DNA from: Bacteroidales bacterium
Lineage (GTDB): Bacteria > Bacteroidota > Bacteroidia > Bacteroidales > UBA1715
Direction: 5' to 3'
Length of the DNA stretch: 64,000 bases
NCBI GenBank assembly: GCA_012519815.1
Contig: JAAYPM010000112.1
Location: 2,330-66,329, forward strand
Part shown: piece by piece, positions 21,996-31,764 of the stretch
Position numbering within the stretch: the stretch's first letter is position 1
Layout of the letters: each line of letters starts with the position of its first letter
The notes under the pieces: model-generated
Told to the model about the DNA's origin: nothing
The model's input: only the letters and a program-made list of their open reading frames with translations
Databases searched by the model: none
Position numbers and translations under genes: made by a program

Positions 21996-22601
21996 TTATT
22001 GAGGAAACGACAATGAGAGTTGATTTGAAACCGAAAATGATGTGCGATGATAGGGAGAATAACCATGTGTAAATACAGCATTTCTGTGCTCTAAAGTTGG
22101 ATACCCTTTGTTCTTTTTCCAATTATACACAGGATATTCTTTGTGAATTTTTTGCATGTATTCATCTCTATATGTTTTTGCTAAAATAGAGGCTGCGGCA
22201 ATTGACATATATTTACTATCTCCTTTTACAACACAAGTGTGTGGTATTGCATTAAATGGAGTAAAACGATTTCCGTCAATAAGTATATGTTCTGGAGTAA
22301 CAGATAATTGCTCTAAGGCTTTATGCATTGCTAAAAATGAAGCTCGCAAAATATTAATTTCATCAATTTTTTGTGCATGTACAATTCCAATAGCAAAAGC
22401 AAGGGCATCTTGTTCAATTTGAGTGCGAAGTGCTATTCTTTTTTTTTCTGATAACTTTTTAGAATCGGCAAGTTCACTGTTTGTGTAATCTGCCTGAAAT
22501 ATAACAGCTGCTGCAAATACAGGTCCCGCTAAACAGCCACGCCCAGCCTCATCGCAGCCTGCTTCAATACAGTGTTTTGTATGCCACGCCGCAAGTGTCA
22601 T
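21996..22601 (-). CDS. rnhB: Ribonuclease HII
   Basis: 201 aa. Contains GCDEAGRGCLAGPV and the DSKKLS motif. Confidence 0.93.
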   Translation of the reverse strand: MTLAAWHTKHCIEAGCDEAGRGCLAGPVFAAAVIFQADYTNSELADSKKLSEKKRIALRTQIEQDALAFAIGIVHAQKIDEINILRASFLAMHKALEQLSVTPEHILIDGNRFTPFNAIPHTCVVKGDSKYMSIAAASILAKTYRDEYMQKIHKEYPVYNWKKNKGYPTLEHRNAVFTHGYSPYHRTSFSVSNQLSLSFPQ

Positions 22602-24130
22602 TTCCGACTAATAGTAATATCATGAATTTGTGCAAACAATAAAACCCATTTATCGCCATACACCGCTAAACCCATATGAGAAAATTCTGCTGTCATAATT
22701 TTAGGGCAATTTTGACTAAATCGTGTAGTAATCCATGATTCTACCACCTCTTGAACAAGCGTGTCAATATCTGCCAATTCATAGGTAGAACCCAATGCAA
22801 AACCATGTCCAAGAACTTCGCCAATTTGTAATGCTTTAATATAATATGTGCCACTTAGTGTTTCAACAGTTTGACCACGTAAATGTGTCGAATTTACTCT
22901 ATCCCATGGGTTTTCGCCAGTTACAGCATCAATATTGTTTGTGAAATTATTTGCAAACATACTTTCTGCATGTGATTGTGCAAGGCGAGTTAAGGTGGTA
23001 TCCCAATCAACTTGATACACAGGACGCAAACGAATAACTCTTCCGGTATCACATTGGCAACCAGAGTTTCTCCACGTATTAATAGCACGCAAAGCATATT
23101 CTTGAAAGGCTGCCTGTTCATGTTTAAGTGGTTTTAGATGAAAGCTTATTTCAAATTTTTTTTGTGCTTGTGCAATATTTGCACTTTCTGGAAAAAGTTC
23201 CCTACTCATGCGTATGTATTTTGCCGCATTTCTTAAATATATGGTGTCTTTCCATGTTCGTGAGTTAGAATCGGTGTTTTTAAACAAATCAATTTCTTTA
23301 TCTATCACGTCAAGCCATTGTGTTTCTACATGTTTTACAAACTCTGCATCATCTTTATAAATTCCTAATCCTTGTTTAGAAAAATCGTAAAAGTAATTTT
23401 TTTCTTCTTCGTTTTTTGCCGTATCAATACTTAATAATACGGCTTTTTTGAAGCCAGCACTTATTGCATAATTTGTTTCATATTTTGATTTATAATTGGT
23501 AACCAACCAAAATAAATCACGAAACATCCAATAATTGGCAAGTAAAAGAGCACCTTCGGTTAACGCTTGATAATTTTCGTGCGAACTTGTTATGTTTTCG
23601 GGGGATTTATCGTACAATCGAGAAACTTGCCGCATACATTGTTCATAATTTCCAACTTTTGCATAAATAATAGCAAGGTCTAATGCCCCTGTTTGCACAC
23701 GATACGCCCGCATTAGTCGCTGATACAAAACAATAGCTTTTTCTTGATTTGTGCTTTTTAATTGTTCGGCAACATATTCTGAATAATTATATATAAGTGC
23801 TAATTTTTCTTCGTTTTCCTCAAATATTTCAGATTGAGAATCTTTTGTGCGAATTACCGTTAAAGCACGCAAACATTCCAAAAGAGGGTCGTTTGTAAAA
23901 TCTTTATACCGTTGAGGTAGCTGTGCCATTTCAAAATATGCAATTGCTTTTACATAATATGCTTCTAATTCATGTTCGTTTTTCTTTATAATTTTATCGG
24001 CATGTTCAACGCATTTTACAAATTCACGACTATCATATAAAGTATATAATTTCTTAATAGCTTTTGATTGAGAAAATCCGTGTAAACTTAAGCAACACGT
24101 AATTATAAAAAGAAAAAGAGGTTTTTTCAT
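22598..24130 (-). CDS. Secreted TPR-like plus CAP/SCP (YkwD-like) domain protein
   Basis: Signal peptide at the internal Met (MKKPLFLFIITCCLSLHGFSQ). The middle is helical-repeat. The C-terminal CAP-like region contains LAQSHAESM, GEVLGHGF and HMGLAV. The 5' end of rnhB overlaps this gene's stop by 4 nt. Confidence 0.6.
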   Translation of the reverse strand: MKKPLFLFIITCCLSLHGFSQSKAIKKLYTLYDSREFVKCVEHADKIIKKNEHELEAYYVKAIAYFEMAQLPQRYKDFTNDPLLECLRALTVIRTKDSQSEIFEENEEKLALIYNYSEYVAEQLKSTNQEKAIVLYQRLMRAYRVQTGALDLAIIYAKVGNYEQCMRQVSRLYDKSPENITSSHENYQALTEGALLLANYWMFRDLFWLVTNYKSKYETNYAISAGFKKAVLLSIDTAKNEEEKNYFYDFSKQGLGIYKDDAEFVKHVETQWLDVIDKEIDLFKNTDSNSRTWKDTIYLRNAAKYIRMSRELFPESANIAQAQKKFEISFHLKPLKHEQAAFQEYALRAINTWRNSGCQCDTGRVIRLRPVYQVDWDTTLTRLAQSHAESMFANNFTNNIDAVTGENPWDRVNSTHLRGQTVETLSGTYYIKALQIGEVLGHGFALGSTYELADIDTLVQEVVESWITTRFSQNCPKIMTAEFSHMGLAVYGDKWVLLFAQIHDITISRK

Positions 24131-24335
24131 ATAGCAGATAGATTTATACAAATATAAAAATTCTATTGAAAAACACAACCTAAAATTGAAAGTGTAATTA
24201 TATGAAAAACAAAATTATATGGGAGAGATAAAATTTACTTTTTGCGTAAAATTATTATTATAGATTGCGAATCTTTTAAAAAAATGCATGTGTATATAAA
24301 AAATCAAAAATATTTTCATCTCTTATTTTTACTGT

Positions 24336-24366
24336 TTGCAAACATTAAGTATTTATAGTATTTTTG
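24336..24366 (+). promoter_or_regulatory. Bacteroidota-type promoter for rpoN
   Basis: TTG at 24336-24338, a 20-nt spacer, then TATTTTTG at 24359-24366, 30 nt upstream of the preferred ATG. Confidence 0.45.
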
Positions 24367-24396
24367 ATAAACATTCAGTGTAAAATAGAAACAACT

Positions 24397-25839
24397 ATGT
24401 TGAATCAAAAATTGCAACAAAAATTGCAGCAAAAGCTGTCGCCACAGCAAATTCAAGTAATAAAATTGCTTGAAGTGCCGTCTATGATGCTTGAGCAACG
24501 AATAAAACAAGAAATAGAAGAAAATCCCGCATTAGAAGTAGATGAACCTTTTGAGGATTCGTATGAATCAGATACCGATGATTCTGACGATTCTGATATT
24601 GACGAATTTTCTATTGACGATTATTTTAATGATGATGAATACAATAATTATAAGTATAAAACCAATAATTATGCTGCTGATGAAGGAAATAAAGAAATTC
24701 CATTTTCAGTAGGGAATTCGTTTCAAGAGCATTTACGAATGCAAGCCGGACTGAGAGAGCTTACAGAAGAACAATTAACGCTTGCCGATTTTTTAATTGG
24801 CAATATTGATGAAGATGGATATTTGCGGCGTGATATTGAAAATATTGCCGATGACATTATGCTCACACAAAATATTTCTGTTACCGAAGATGAGCTAAAA
24901 ACAGTTCTCCGCGTTATCCAAAGCCTTGACCCACCGGGTATTGCAGCAACTTCGTTGCAAGAATGTTTGCTGCTACAAGTGATGCGAAAACAAAAAACCG
25001 CCTCAGTTGTTACAGCTACGTATATTTTACGCGATTTTTATGATGAGTTTGTAAAAAAACATTATGATAAAATAATACAAAGGCTTGATATTGAAGAAGA
25101 ACATTTAAAAGATGCTATTGATGTTATTGTAAAACTTAATCCAAAACCGGGTGGCGATATCACTGATCAATACAGTAAAAATTCTACCTATGCCATTATT
25201 CCTGATTTTATTCTTGAAGAACAAAATGGTAATTATGAGGTCATTATGCATGCAAAAAATTCTCCTGACATTCGCGTAAGTAGAGCATATGCCGATATGT
25301 TAGCTGATTTAAGAAAAAAACATACAGCTTCTAAATCTCAAAAGGAAGCAATTCAGTTTGTACGTCAAAAAATAGATTCTGCTCAATGGTTTATTGATGC
25401 AATTCAACAGCGATATTATACATTGTTGGGCACTATGCAAGCAATTTTTGAATATCAAAAAGATTTTTTTATGAGTGGTGATGAGTCTAAGCTTAAACCC
25501 ATGATTTTAAAAGATATAGCCGACAAAACAGAGCTTGATATATCTACTGTTTCGCGTGTTGCTAATAGCAAATACATTCAAACACCGTATGGCATAATTC
25601 CTCTTAAATTCTTTTTTTCAGAAGGTTTGCAAACGGAATCGGGAGATGAGGTTTCATCACGTGAAATTAAAAGTATTTTACAAGATATAATAATGCAAGA
25701 AAATAAGCGAAAACCATATACCGACGAGGAACTTTCGAAAATTTTGCAGGAAAAAGGGTACATTATTGCCCGCAGAACAGTTGCAAAATATCGAGAACAA
25801 TTAGATATACCTGTAGGGCGTTTGCGAAAGGAATTATAA
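24397..25839 (+). CDS. rpoN: RNA polymerase sigma-54 factor
   Basis: Gln/Leu-rich region I (MLNQKLQQKLQQKLSPQQ), acidic region II, HTH, and the RpoN box ARRTVAKYR. The start at 24397 is preferred over the ORF-track start at 24364. Confidence 0.95.
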   Translation: MLNQKLQQKLQQKLSPQQIQVIKLLEVPSMMLEQRIKQEIEENPALEVDEPFEDSYESDTDDSDDSDIDEFSIDDYFNDDEYNNYKYKTNNYAADEGNKEIPFSVGNSFQEHLRMQAGLRELTEEQLTLADFLIGNIDEDGYLRRDIENIADDIMLTQNISVTEDELKTVLRVIQSLDPPGIAATSLQECLLLQVMRKQKTASVVTATYILRDFYDEFVKKHYDKIIQRLDIEEEHLKDAIDVIVKLNPKPGGDITDQYSKNSTYAIIPDFILEEQNGNYEVIMHAKNSPDIRVSRAYADMLADLRKKHTASKSQKEAIQFVRQKIDSAQWFIDAIQQRYYTLLGTMQAIFEYQKDFFMSGDESKLKPMILKDIADKTELDISTVSRVANSKYIQTPYGIIPLKFFFSEGLQTESGDEVSSREIKSILQDIIMQENKRKPYTDEELSKILQEKGYIIARRTVAKYREQLDIPVGRLRKEL

Positions 25840-25842
25840 ACT

Positions 25843-26487
25843 ATGTTTAAAAAAATTGCTACAAAACATACTCCTTTTTCTGTATTTGCGTGGATAATTT
25901 CTATAGTGTTTCATCCTATTGCGTATGCAACTTTTGGTTCTGCTGTTTTGTTATGGATGCTGCCTGAATATTATTTTTTTCATACAGCAGTTAAACAACA
26001 ATTTATTGTATCAATATGTATGATGACATATGTATTGCCCTTGTTGGTTTTTCCTATATATTATGTACTGTTGCAACTTTTAAATACCTCTGTTCGTGAA
26101 CCTCATGCTCGTTTGTTTTTGTTGTTTACAACTACCTGTATATATATATTTACTTATACAAAGTTACTTGTTCACCCTCTTTTTACACCAATTCATACGT
26201 ATATATTATTATGTGCAAGTTTGCTTTCTTTGAGCTTTCTTATTACTTTTTTTTGGAGAATTAGTTTGCATATGATAGGAATAGGTGGATTTATAGGTTT
26301 ATTATTTTCTTTACTCAAAATAACTCATATATATAATGAACTGCTCTTTGTTTTAGCAGTTGCTGTTGCAGGAGTAGTTGCATACTCGCGACTGTTATTA
26401 CAAGCACATTCTCAATCGCAGGTATATGCCGGATTTTTATTAGGTTTTATAGTTTCAGTTGTTTTTTTATATCTGTTGCCTATATGA
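25843..26487 (+). CDS. Polytopic membrane protein, weak PAP2-like resemblance
   Basis: 214 aa with about 6 TM segments. SRLLLQAHSQSQ loosely fits the PAP2 SRx5Hx3D motif, but the final Asp is missing. It starts 4 nt after rpoN. Confidence 0.35.
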   Translation: MFKKIATKHTPFSVFAWIISIVFHPIAYATFGSAVLLWMLPEYYFFHTAVKQQFIVSICMMTYVLPLLVFPIYYVLLQLLNTSVREPHARLFLLFTTTCIYIFTYTKLLVHPLFTPIHTYILLCASLLSLSFLITFFWRISLHMIGIGGFIGLLFSLLKITHIYNELLFVLAVAVAGVVAYSRLLLQAHSQSQVYAGFLLGFIVSVVFLYLLPI

Positions 26488-26658
26488 AAACGCACTGTTA
26501 TTTCTTTTTTTTATTGTTTTTTGTAAACAAATTGAAAAATTATTTTGGTGTTTTCTGTTAAAAATTATAGCCGTAAAGTAATAAAACATAGCAGATTATT
26601 GTATATTCGCATATTAAACAGTATATTTAAATTGTATTTGTATTTAAAATAAGTTTTC

Positions 26659-29600
26659 ATGTTGAGAAAATCAACCTGGTCTTTAATTATAATAGCTGCC
26701 ATTTTTATCTTGCCTGTAACATTATTTACACAAGATGAAAGTTCTACACGTAGTATTTATAAGAGTATGGACAAATTATTATCCATGCAGCAATACGAAC
26801 AGGCAATGCCTCTTATTGAACAATTACTTGAAATAAGTCCTGATAATGCTAATTATAATTTTAAAATGGCATATGCAATTATTCGTTCTGCAAATAAACA
26901 AAGTCCATTGCCATATCTCGAAAAGGCAATTCAAAATATTACTTCTCGGTATCGTTCTCGTGTAAATGAAACCGCCGCTCCAACAGATGCTTTATGGTTT
27001 ATTGGGCAGCATTTTTTTAATGAATATAATTATGAACGCGCCGAAGGTTATTTAACACAATATCTTACACATATAAATTCATTGCATATGAATTATTCAG
27101 CATGCAAAGAAAAAATTGCAAGCTGTAAAACGGGTCTTGAGCTTATGAAAGAACCTGTGCATGTTACAATTTCTGATTTTAGTGAAGCAGTAGGTATTCA
27201 AACATATTTTCATAGTGGATTGTTTTCGCCCGATGAATCAATGTTTATTTTTACTGCCGATTCGTATTTTTACAATGACAATGTAAATAATGGACGAAAA
27301 GCACATAACGACGACATTTACATTATATACAAAAAAAATGATGTGTGGAGTAAGCCAAAACCTTTGAGTTCTAATATTAATTCGGAACTAAAAGAAGCAA
27401 GTGTTGGTATGCATCCTAACGGAAAAATGCTTCTTGTATATCGCGAAGATCCTGAGTGTGGTAATTTGTATTATTCTGATTTAATTGACAGTAGTATATG
27501 GTCGCCATTAAAAAAATTTCCCGCACCAATAAATTCTTCGGCAAATGAAACGCATGCAACAATTTCTGCCGATGGAAAAGTTATATATTTTACTTCGGAT
27601 AGAGAAGGCGGGTATGGAGGATTAGATATTTATATGTCGCGACTAAATCGTGATGGCACTTGGGGAGCAGCAATAAATATGGGAGCAGCAATTAATTCTT
27701 CGCATCACGAGGAAAGTCCACATTTTCAGGCAAATAGCAATCTATTGTATTTTAGTAGTAATCGTCCCGGTGGAATGGGAGGGTTTGATGTGTATAGAGC
27801 AGAAATTTCTCAAGATAGTATTGTGTTAGATGTGAAAAATATGGGATATCCTATAAATACTCCACAATATGATATGTTTTTTAAAACAAGTTATGACGGA
27901 GGAAAAGCCTATTATTCATCAGCTTGCACTGCTACAAATGGCGAATATGATTTGCAAATAGTTGCATTTGAAGACAAAAAATTATATCCGAATGCTATGG
28001 TGCAAGGGCTTGTTATTACTCAAAATAACGATACTCTTAAAAATAAAGATGTATATCTTTTTAATCTTACAACGCGTTCTATAACCGACTCTGCGCAATT
28101 AGATCCTGCAACGGGATATTATGTTTGTAATCTTCATTCAAAAAATTCGTATTTTATTTCGGTTGCTCACGAAGGGTATGTATATTATTCTAAACCGTTT
28201 CAACTTTCAGAATATTTTTCTGATTATACCTTTGAAAATACTATTATTCTTGACCCGATTTATATAACAGATTCTACCTTACGCCAAAATGAAGGAATGT
28301 TTACGGTGTTTAAAAATAATCTTACAGTAGATGATGATGATGCGCTATATGATACGGTAACGAATGTGTTTGCAGTTTCGCATTCAATACAACCACAAAA
28401 ATTGTCGCGTTTGCAAACAACTATAGACGAAGAAGCTCAAAAACAACATTATGATTATGTTTTAGCACAAGAAAATGTGATTGTACCCACACTCATACCA
28501 GAAAACAACGAACTCATTTCTGATTATCCTACACATCCTCCTGATACTATTGATGAACTATCTTCTATAATGCAAGTAGTGCAGGGAGCCGAAAATCAAC
28601 CTTTGCCACGAAAATCCCAACAAAAATCTATACCAAAAGTTGTTGATGCCGCATTTGCTGATTCTCTTCTTACAAGCGGAGTTGCAAACCTTCAATTTGG
28701 ACAATATAATGCTTCTGAAAATGATTTGCGTAAAGCAAAATATTTGTATGATTCCTTGCAAGATGTGTCAAAACAATTAGTGTGTTTGGATTATTTAACA
28801 GAAAACCAACGAAATATTGGGCAATTAAATAACGCTCTTGAGCTTCAATTAGAATCTCTTTCGTTAATGGAAAAAAATGCAAGTGAACAAGAAATTGCTG
28901 CAAAACAAAAACAGTTAGCGTATATGTACGATGAACTTTGGTATAAAGATGAGGCAATAGATTTGTTTGAAAAAAATTTAGAAGCACAAAAAAAACAAAA
29001 TAATAAAGAGGGTGTTACCGATGCGTATTTTGATATTGCAGATGTGTATATGCAACATAACGAACAAGAAAAAGCAATTGCGTTGCTCAAAGAATCCCTT
29101 GAACATATAGCTTCTCAAAAAAAACAAGCCGAAGCGTATAATAAAATAGGAGTTTCATATCATCAATTATATGAATATGTACAGGCAATTGGGTACTATA
29201 ACAAAGCTATTTTAACAGCAGATGCAATTAATGATTTAGAAGGATTAACATTATATCATACTAATATTGGAAATGCGTTTTATGATAACAACGATTTTCA
29301 AACCGCTATGCATCATTATGATATTTCTTTAGAATTATATACAACTTTACGTAATGAGCGAGGAATTGCAATTGCGTATTATAATATTGGAAATGTAAAT
29401 AAAGAACAAAAAAAGCATACTGTTGCAATAGAAAATTTTACACAAAGTATAGAAAGAGCTGCTAAAATAAAAGATAATGCTATTCTTTCAAAAAATTACT
29501 TTGCATTAATGAATGTATATAAATCTCTTGCAAATTATAAATTAGCGTTGTCGTATTATCAAAAATATTATAAACTTCAAAATGTAGGATTTTTGTATGA

Positions 29601-31164
29601 TTCTCAAATTTCAGAAGTGAACCAAAAATATCCAATAAACCAAACACAAATTCAACTTCTTGAAACGCAAATGAAGCGTACTTCTGATTTGTATGCATTT
29701 GAAAAACGAAAATATGAACAAGAATTACATCTTTTATATGAACGTGAAAAATTGCTGTATATATCAAAAATTGCAATTGGTATTGTATTAATTGGTGCTG
29801 TTTTATTGTTGATTTTATTGTTGTTCCGATTTAGAACTCGCCGTAAATACTACACACGTTTGTCGTTGCAAAATGCAGAAATTCTTCAAAAACAAGAGGA
29901 AATTACTGTTCAAAGAGAAAATTTAGAAACGCTTAATTATCAGTTAGAGCAATTATCGATAGTGGCAAGTAAAACTGCAAATGCTGTTGCTATTATTACA
30001 CCAAATGGAGATGTTGAATGGGTAAATGATGCATTTTTGAACTATTATTCTGAACAACCAAAAAACTTTTTTGATTTCTCAAAATCCGAAGATGAAAAAT
30101 CACAACTCACACATTCTATTCAAAATAAAACCTCGGTGTTATACGAGGTGCAACGAGTTCAAAATGAAAGTTTAGTGTGGATTCAATGTATGGTTACTCC
30201 AATAGTTAATAATAATGAATTGTCGAAACTTATAATAATAGAATCTATTATTAATGAATTAAAATTACGCGAAATAGAAATTAAAACACAGCGTGACGAA
30301 ATTCTTGTTCAAGCACAAGAGATTGAAAAACAACGAGATATTGCAGTTTATCAAAATAAAGAAATTCAAAAACAAAAAGAATCTATTGAAAGTTCTTTAG
30401 AAGAATTGCAGATAACTCAAAAGAAATTAATTGAATCCGAAAAAATGGCTTCTTTAGGAAGTTTGGTCGCTGGTATTTCGCATGAAATTAACACTCCCGT
30501 TGGTATTGGTGTTGCTGCAACAAGTTCGCTCAGTTCTAATACAGAATCATTAAAAGAATTATTTGAATCACGAAAAATGAAACAATCTGATTTGCAAAAT
30601 TATATTGTTTCAACGCAAGAAGCAACAAATCTTATTCGCTCAAATCTTGAACGTACAGGCGAATTGGTGAAAAGTTTTAAACGCATTTCGGTTGATGAAA
30701 TGACAGATCAAAAAAGACTGTTTAATATGCGTGAATATATACACGAAGTGCTTACAAGTTTAACGGCAGAAACCGCAGAACGTACTATTCAATATAATAT
30801 TGACTGTCCTGATGATATTGAAATTACTAATTATCCTGCTGCCTTTGCAAAAATTATTTCGAATATGATGAAAAATGTGTTGCTGCATGCTTATACAAAA
30901 GAGCAAACACATGAAATTTCTATAGTGGTTCGCATAATTGATAATTCGTTGCATTTCCAATTTTCTGATAAAGGAAAAGGAATGTCTCCTGATGTTGTGC
31001 AAAAAGTGTTTAATCCTTTTTTTACAACAAATATGCAGCTTGGTAAGGGGTTAGGAATGAGTGTGGTATATAACACTGTAACAAATCAATTAAAGGGTGA
31101 AATTTCATGTGAAAGTGCCGAAAATGAAGGCACAAGCTATCATATTATTGCTCCCTTATTATAA
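26659..31164 (+). CDS. Giant sensor histidine kinase: signal, TPR, PD40/TolB-like repeats, CarboxypepD_reg-like domain, long TPR array, one TM, PAS, coiled coil, HisKA, HATPase
   Basis: 1501 aa. PD40-type motifs are ISADGKVIYFTSDREGGYGGLDIY and LLYFSSNRPGGMGGFDVY. The TM is at about aa 1036-1058 (IAIGIVLIGAVLLLILLLF). The H-box is AGISHEINTPVG (His ~1275). The C-terminal ATPase has the G-box-like GKGLGMSV. Confidence 0.85.
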   Translation: MLRKSTWSLIIIAAIFILPVTLFTQDESSTRSIYKSMDKLLSMQQYEQAMPLIEQLLEISPDNANYNFKMAYAIIRSANKQSPLPYLEKAIQNITSRYRSRVNETAAPTDALWFIGQHFFNEYNYERAEGYLTQYLTHINSLHMNYSACKEKIASCKTGLELMKEPVHVTISDFSEAVGIQTYFHSGLFSPDESMFIFTADSYFYNDNVNNGRKAHNDDIYIIYKKNDVWSKPKPLSSNINSELKEASVGMHPNGKMLLVYREDPECGNLYYSDLIDSSIWSPLKKFPAPINSSANETHATISADGKVIYFTSDREGGYGGLDIYMSRLNRDGTWGAAINMGAAINSSHHEESPHFQANSNLLYFSSNRPGGMGGFDVYRAEISQDSIVLDVKNMGYPINTPQYDMFFKTSYDGGKAYYSSACTATNGEYDLQIVAFEDKKLYPNAMVQGLVITQNNDTLKNKDVYLFNLTTRSITDSAQLDPATGYYVCNLHSKNSYFISVAHEGYVYYSKPFQLSEYFSDYTFENTIILDPIYITDSTLRQNEGMFTVFKNNLTVDDDDALYDTVTNVFAVSHSIQPQKLSRLQTTIDEEAQKQHYDYVLAQENVIVPTLIPENNELISDYPTHPPDTIDELSSIMQVVQGAENQPLPRKSQQKSIPKVVDAAFADSLLTSGVANLQFGQYNASENDLRKAKYLYDSLQDVSKQLVCLDYLTENQRNIGQLNNALELQLESLSLMEKNASEQEIAAKQKQLAYMYDELWYKDEAIDLFEKNLEAQKKQNNKEGVTDAYFDIADVYMQHNEQEKAIALLKESLEHIASQKKQAEAYNKIGVSYHQLYEYVQAIGYYNKAILTADAINDLEGLTLYHTNIGNAFYDNNDFQTAMHHYDISLELYTTLRNERGIAIAYYNIGNVNKEQKKHTVAIENFTQSIERAAKIKDNAILSKNYFALMNVYKSLANYKLALSYYQKYYKLQNVGFLYDSQISEVNQKYPINQTQIQLLETQMKRTSDLYAFEKRKYEQELHLLYEREKLLYISKIAIGIVLIGAVLLLILLLFRFRTRRKYYTRLSLQNAEILQKQEEITVQRENLETLNYQLEQLSIVASKTANAVAIITPNGDVEWVNDAFLNYYSEQPKNFFDFSKSEDEKSQLTHSIQNKTSVLYEVQRVQNESLVWIQCMVTPIVNNNELSKLIIIESIINELKLREIEIKTQRDEILVQAQEIEKQRDIAVYQNKEIQKQKESIESSLEELQITQKKLIESEKMASLGSLVAGISHEINTPVGIGVAATSSLSSNTESLKELFESRKMKQSDLQNYIVSTQEATNLIRSNLERTGELVKSFKRISVDEMTDQKRLFNMREYIHEVLTSLTAETAERTIQYNIDCPDDIEITNYPAAFAKIISNMMKNVLLHAYTKEQTHEISIVVRIIDNSLHFQFSDKGKGMSPDVVQKVFNPFFTTNMQLGKGLGMSVVYNTVTNQLKGEISCESAENEGTSYHIIAPLL

Positions 31165-31179
31165 TAAAATATCCTTATT

Positions 31180-31671
31180 TTAGATATTGTGTTTTTTAAC
31201 TTTACGTGTATCAGTGCATGCAGCTAACAGTTCTAATTGTGTTTTTTGTAATATAGGATGAATAAAATCAGGAACACATTCCACAAGTGGCAACAATACA
31301 AATTTTCTATTTTGAATATACGGATGAGGAATTGTGAGAGTTTCTGAATCTATAATCTGCGAATCATAATATAGTATGTCAATATCAATAGTGCGAGATT
31401 CATAACCATGAAATGATGAGCGTTCACGCCCATGCAAGCTTTCTATATGCAAACATTGATGCAAACACTCATGAGGCGACAATGTTGTTGTGATAATAAG
31501 GAGCTGATTAAAAAAAAAATGTGAGTCATCAAATCCCCAAGGTTCACTTTCAAAAACACTTGATTGCAAAATAATATTTCCTATGGTATGGTGCATTTCA
31601 TTACGCACATTTTCAAATGTTTGTAATATATTACCTCTATTAGCTCCTAAAATAACAATAAGCGTATGCAT
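31180..31671 (-). CDS. folK: 2-amino-4-hydroxy-6-hydroxymethyldihydropteridine diphosphokinase
   Basis: 163 aa. Contains RTIDIDILYY and LTIPHPYIQNRKFVLLPL. Confidence 0.9.
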   Translation of the reverse strand: MHTLIVILGANRGNILQTFENVRNEMHHTIGNIILQSSVFESEPWGFDDSHFFFNQLLIITTTLSPHECLHQCLHIESLHGRERSSFHGYESRTIDIDILYYDSQIIDSETLTIPHPYIQNRKFVLLPLVECVPDFIHPILQKTQLELLAACTDTRKVKKHNI

Positions 31672-31764
31672 GTACTATAATGATTATAACTCTTTGATTA
31701 TTTCGATAAGAAAACTACCTTTGTATAGTTCAAAGTATAGACAAAATTCAACAAAAAAAACGAA

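Noticed and set aside
24397-24456. Short CAA/AAA/TTG-rich tandem repeat encoding QKLQQKLQQKL
   Set aside because: This is the normal Gln/Leu-rich region I of sigma-54, not a DNA-level repeat element.
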